Below are positions 60,491 to 64,000 of a stretch of 64,000 bases of DNA, piece by piece. Origin of the DNA: Chrysomallon squamiferum (Eukaryota; Animalia; Mollusca). The stretch spans positions 9,796,001 to 9,860,000 of the forward strand of contig CM022672.1 in the NCBI GenBank assembly GCA_012295275.1, in the 5' to 3' direction. The translations under genes were made by a program, and so were the position numbers. The notes under the pieces were generated by a model that was not told where the DNA came from, did no database searches, and was given only the letters and a program-made list of their open reading frames with translations. Position 1 is the first letter of the stretch; every line of letters begins with the position of its first letter.

Positions 60491-61744
60491 TCAAAAACTA
60501 TCTACACACCATGACAAGTGATATAAAAAAAGAAGATTGCCTCTGCCCTGTGTAACAACATGCAGAGATGTGAATCATAATCAATCACTCAGCTTTACAC
60601 ATCACTTATTTCAGTTTCTGTACAGCTTCGAGTACACTGTGACACCAGTCTTCATCAGTAGCTTTATTATTTTCTACCTTCTTATGATAAGTAATCAATA
60701 ATCATTAGTAATAAAGTTAAACAGTTTTGAGAGCCGCACACATATAATATACATTTCATACAACATATCTCTGTTTTATATACTATATCACAATGTCAGT
60801 TTATAGTGTCAAACTAACACTAGTATATTAATTGATTATAATTTAATATCTTTAATATTAATAATAATCATTATCATCATCAACAGCAGCATAGTCATAA
60901 TAATCATAATAATAACAACACCTACAACAATAACAATTGCAATAACAATAATAATAATTATAATAATAATAATAAGAAGAAGAAGAAGAAGAATAACAAC
61001 AACACTTACAGTCATCATCAAAGCCACAACATTAATAATAATTTCTAGAACCTACAGGAATTATCAGATGAATTAAAAACTTTTTAAATTCAAACAACAT
61101 ATGCAGTTTTCTCATAAACCTTTAACAAGATCATAATTATGATGATATGCCAAACACACACACCATTCTTATGTACAACAGTAACACCAAATTAAAACCA
61201 ACTTCAAATCAAAACTATCAGCATTTTTATTATGACACAAAATTCCATGTGTAAGAGAGAACTGCTTTCAACAGCTTTCTGCAAATATCATTACTTTAAC
61301 ATTCAAAGATCAAAAATCTTTATATATGTAACTTTTTTAAAACATTTTTTTTACATACTTGCAACTTTTAACACAATATTCCACAGATCAAAAAACTGTT
61401 TTTAAGTGATCTTTTTTTTTTGGCTAAAGATTAATCAAATTTCTTCCATCAAAAGTGTAGAAGAAAAAATATACTTCACTTTTATTGGTCAATTTTTGGA
61501 GGACATGCTGACATAGTTGTGTTTTTTTACTTTTTTTTTTTGTTTGTTTTTTCTTGTTGTCTTTTTTTTCAGCTTTGAGGATTAAAAATTTAAAAAGAGT
61601 TTACATAAAGTAGGTGACTTATTTTTGAGCTTATGCATCAGTGTATCCAGTTTCTTTCCTGCCCTGACCTTTATCTCCAGGCAGTTTAATCATTTTCTAA
61701 AAGTCTGTCTACAGTAAAAAAAAAAAATAATAATAATAAAAACA

Positions 61745-61980
61745 GTATTCAAAGTAAATTCAGTAACATTAATTCACAGTAAATTATTTCAGTCCAAAGT
61801 AAATTCAGAAAGTTTGATTCAAAGTAAATTCAGTAAGTTTAATTTAAAGTAAATTCAACAGGCATAATTCAATATACATTCAGTAAGCTCAATTTACAGT
61901 AAATTATTTCAGTTCACAGTAAATTCAATAAGATTTATTCACAGTCAGTTATTTTGGCTTAAATCAATTCAGTTAGTTTA
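61745..61980. repeat. Minisatellite (TTCAAAGTAAATTCAGTAAG), ~20-26 bp unit
   Basis: About 9 copies. Confidence 0.75.
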
Positions 61981-63393
61981 AAAGTTTTCGATGCTTTTCA
62001 ATAATTGTATTTTAACAAACAATCAAATAAAATATGGATTTTTTTTTTTTAAATGCATGTAACTGAGTGAAAATAATACAAGCTTTATTAAAAAAAATAA
62101 TAATTCAGTGAAACTTCTGTCTTTTTTCATTTATTTATTTTATGTTTGTTTCATCTATTTTTTTTTTAGTTTATTTTTCTTTACTTTATCATTATTAAAA
62201 TTATTATTATTATTATTATTAAATCAAAAAAATAAAATAAATTAATAAATAAATCAAAAAAGAAGATCAATATGTAAATTAATAAATGAAAAACATTAAG
62301 AGAAGTGTATTTCCAAATTAAGTTATTAAGTGAAAGAATATGGAACATAATTAGAACCAGATCACTTTTAATAACAATTTTTTTTTTTTTTTTTTTTAAT
62401 TTATCAGTAATCTGTCTATGTCATAATCCATTTTACATTTTCCACTTGTAGAAATTAAAAACGATTTGTTTGTTCAGTTTTCTGGGTTGATTAATTTCTT
62501 TTTTCTTTGACTCCAGCAGCTGCTTAAAACAAACAAAAGAGAAATTCAAAACACATTATCAGCCACCATTTTCAATCTCAATCTTTTTCTTATATTGACA
62601 GGACTGGAAAATAACAAACAACATTTGATACCAAGCATGAAAAAATACTGTGTAACAGTTTGATTAAACAAACACATCCAGTGCAACCTTTGTTTTTTTA
62701 ATACATTTGATGAGAGACGAGAATATTATGGAAGAAAAGAATGAAAAACTGGATAATAATATGGGAGACTATTATTCACAGATATAAAATGGTTTAAGTT
62801 CTGAAACTGATAGTGTCTTTTAAAGATATCCTATCTTGAAAACTATGAAATAAAATATATATATATATAATTTTCTTTTAAATACTTTTTTCTTTCAAAA
62901 TTTTACAAAACAAATATATACAATTACAAAATTAAGATTGTTTTATGTATTAAATTTTTTCAAGTTTTATGTAAAATGTATATATATATATATATACTAC
63001 ATAAAACAAAAATTTGTAATATATAAAACACTCTTAACATTGTTTTATCTTTGCAAGGATTATTGGCATGAGAAATATTCTAACAGGTATAGTCCAAAGA
63101 TGGGGCACTAAAATAGTCTAATGAATGTAACTAACAGTAAACCAGTGAGATGAAAATTATTCAGTTTCCTAAAAGATCTTAGTAAACATTCAAAATGTAT
63201 TGTTTTGTACATTCCAATACTGATAATGCCATTATGACTACTTGAGCCCAGATTAAACTCAAATAGTGCAGAAGAAATGAAGTATGAAAAGAAAGCACAT
63301 GCAGAAAATGGATGACTGAATTTACACAAGACCTTTTCTGAGTTGTTTAGTTGTTATGTTCATATTGCATGTCTATGGAAATAAATTAACAAG

Positions 63394-63427
<34 letters not shown>

Positions 63428-63779
63428 GTTCTGGTCATATTAAGAAATGTTTTTATTTATTTATAACAAGAGTCAGGGTTGTTTGTGTCTTTAAACACAT
63501 TTTTTCAAAAATTTGTTCAGTACATGTTTTGTGAGGTAAAGAAACATTAAAATAAATAAAACTAGAAATATTCTGTGAAACTTGGTGTCTTACTTTATGG
63601 TAAATGTCTTTAAACAGTGAGCTCATTAACTGACTGACTGAATAAATAAATAATGAAACACTGAATAACAAATTATTAAGTGAATGAATGAGTTTGTTTA
63701 AGCCATATTGACACTATTTTAACAGTAATATTAATAATCTTACTGTTATATAATTATTTATTTATTTATTATTTATTTA

Positions 63780-63900
63780 TTTCCATTACTTGTTCAATAA
63801 AGAACAAGGACTCTTTTTATGCACCATCCAATAAACAAGAAAACACATTAACAAGATAAGCAGCACTGGTTGGAATGTGAGACAGCTCATCGATTGTAAT
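63780..63900 (+). mobile_element. Decayed SINE-like copy (same family as 17285)
   Basis: AACAAGGACTCTTTTTATGCACCATCC...AGCACTGGTTGGAATGTGAGACAGCTCA. Confidence 0.55.
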
Positions 63901-64000
63901 GAAAATGAACAATCTAGTGAACTTATAATCATCATCATCATCATCATTACTTATAATAATAAATAAATATTAATAGATTCAGTCTATATCAGTGTGGGTA

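Noticed and set aside
12000-64000. Dozens of 60-150 aa ORFs rich in poly-I/Y/L/N/T/V/F/K or HT/CV repeats
   Set aside because: Translations of (AAT)n, (TAG)n, (CA)n, poly-A/T and minisatellites; no domain or splice support.

Overview
A very AT-rich, CpG-poor animal genomic window full of microsatellites and degenerate minisatellites, with spliceosomal GT-AG introns. It is probably a gastropod mollusc; this is an inference from my recollection of its SINE-like repeats and is not verified. Only two protein-coding genes are supportable, and both lie in the first 11.3 kb. (1) An intronless minus-strand Fe(II)/2-oxoglutarate dioxygenase of the PhyH family (5361..6332). (2) A plus-strand multi-exon alpha-carbonic anhydrase with 7 phase-consistent exons (7819..11262), intact catalytic residues, a ~117-aa charged insertion inside the catalytic domain and a GPI-signal-like tail. 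The first (signal-peptide) exon of the anhydrase could not be located, so the dioxygenase is either head-to-head with it or nested antisense in its first intron. The remaining ~52 kb has no credible coding exon. It holds MITE-like elements (two resembling Tigger4/Zombi, one or two hAT-like), decayed SINE-like copies, a long inverted repeat, many tandem arrays and several higher-complexity islands. Almost all short ORFs in the supplied track are simple-repeat or antisense artefacts.
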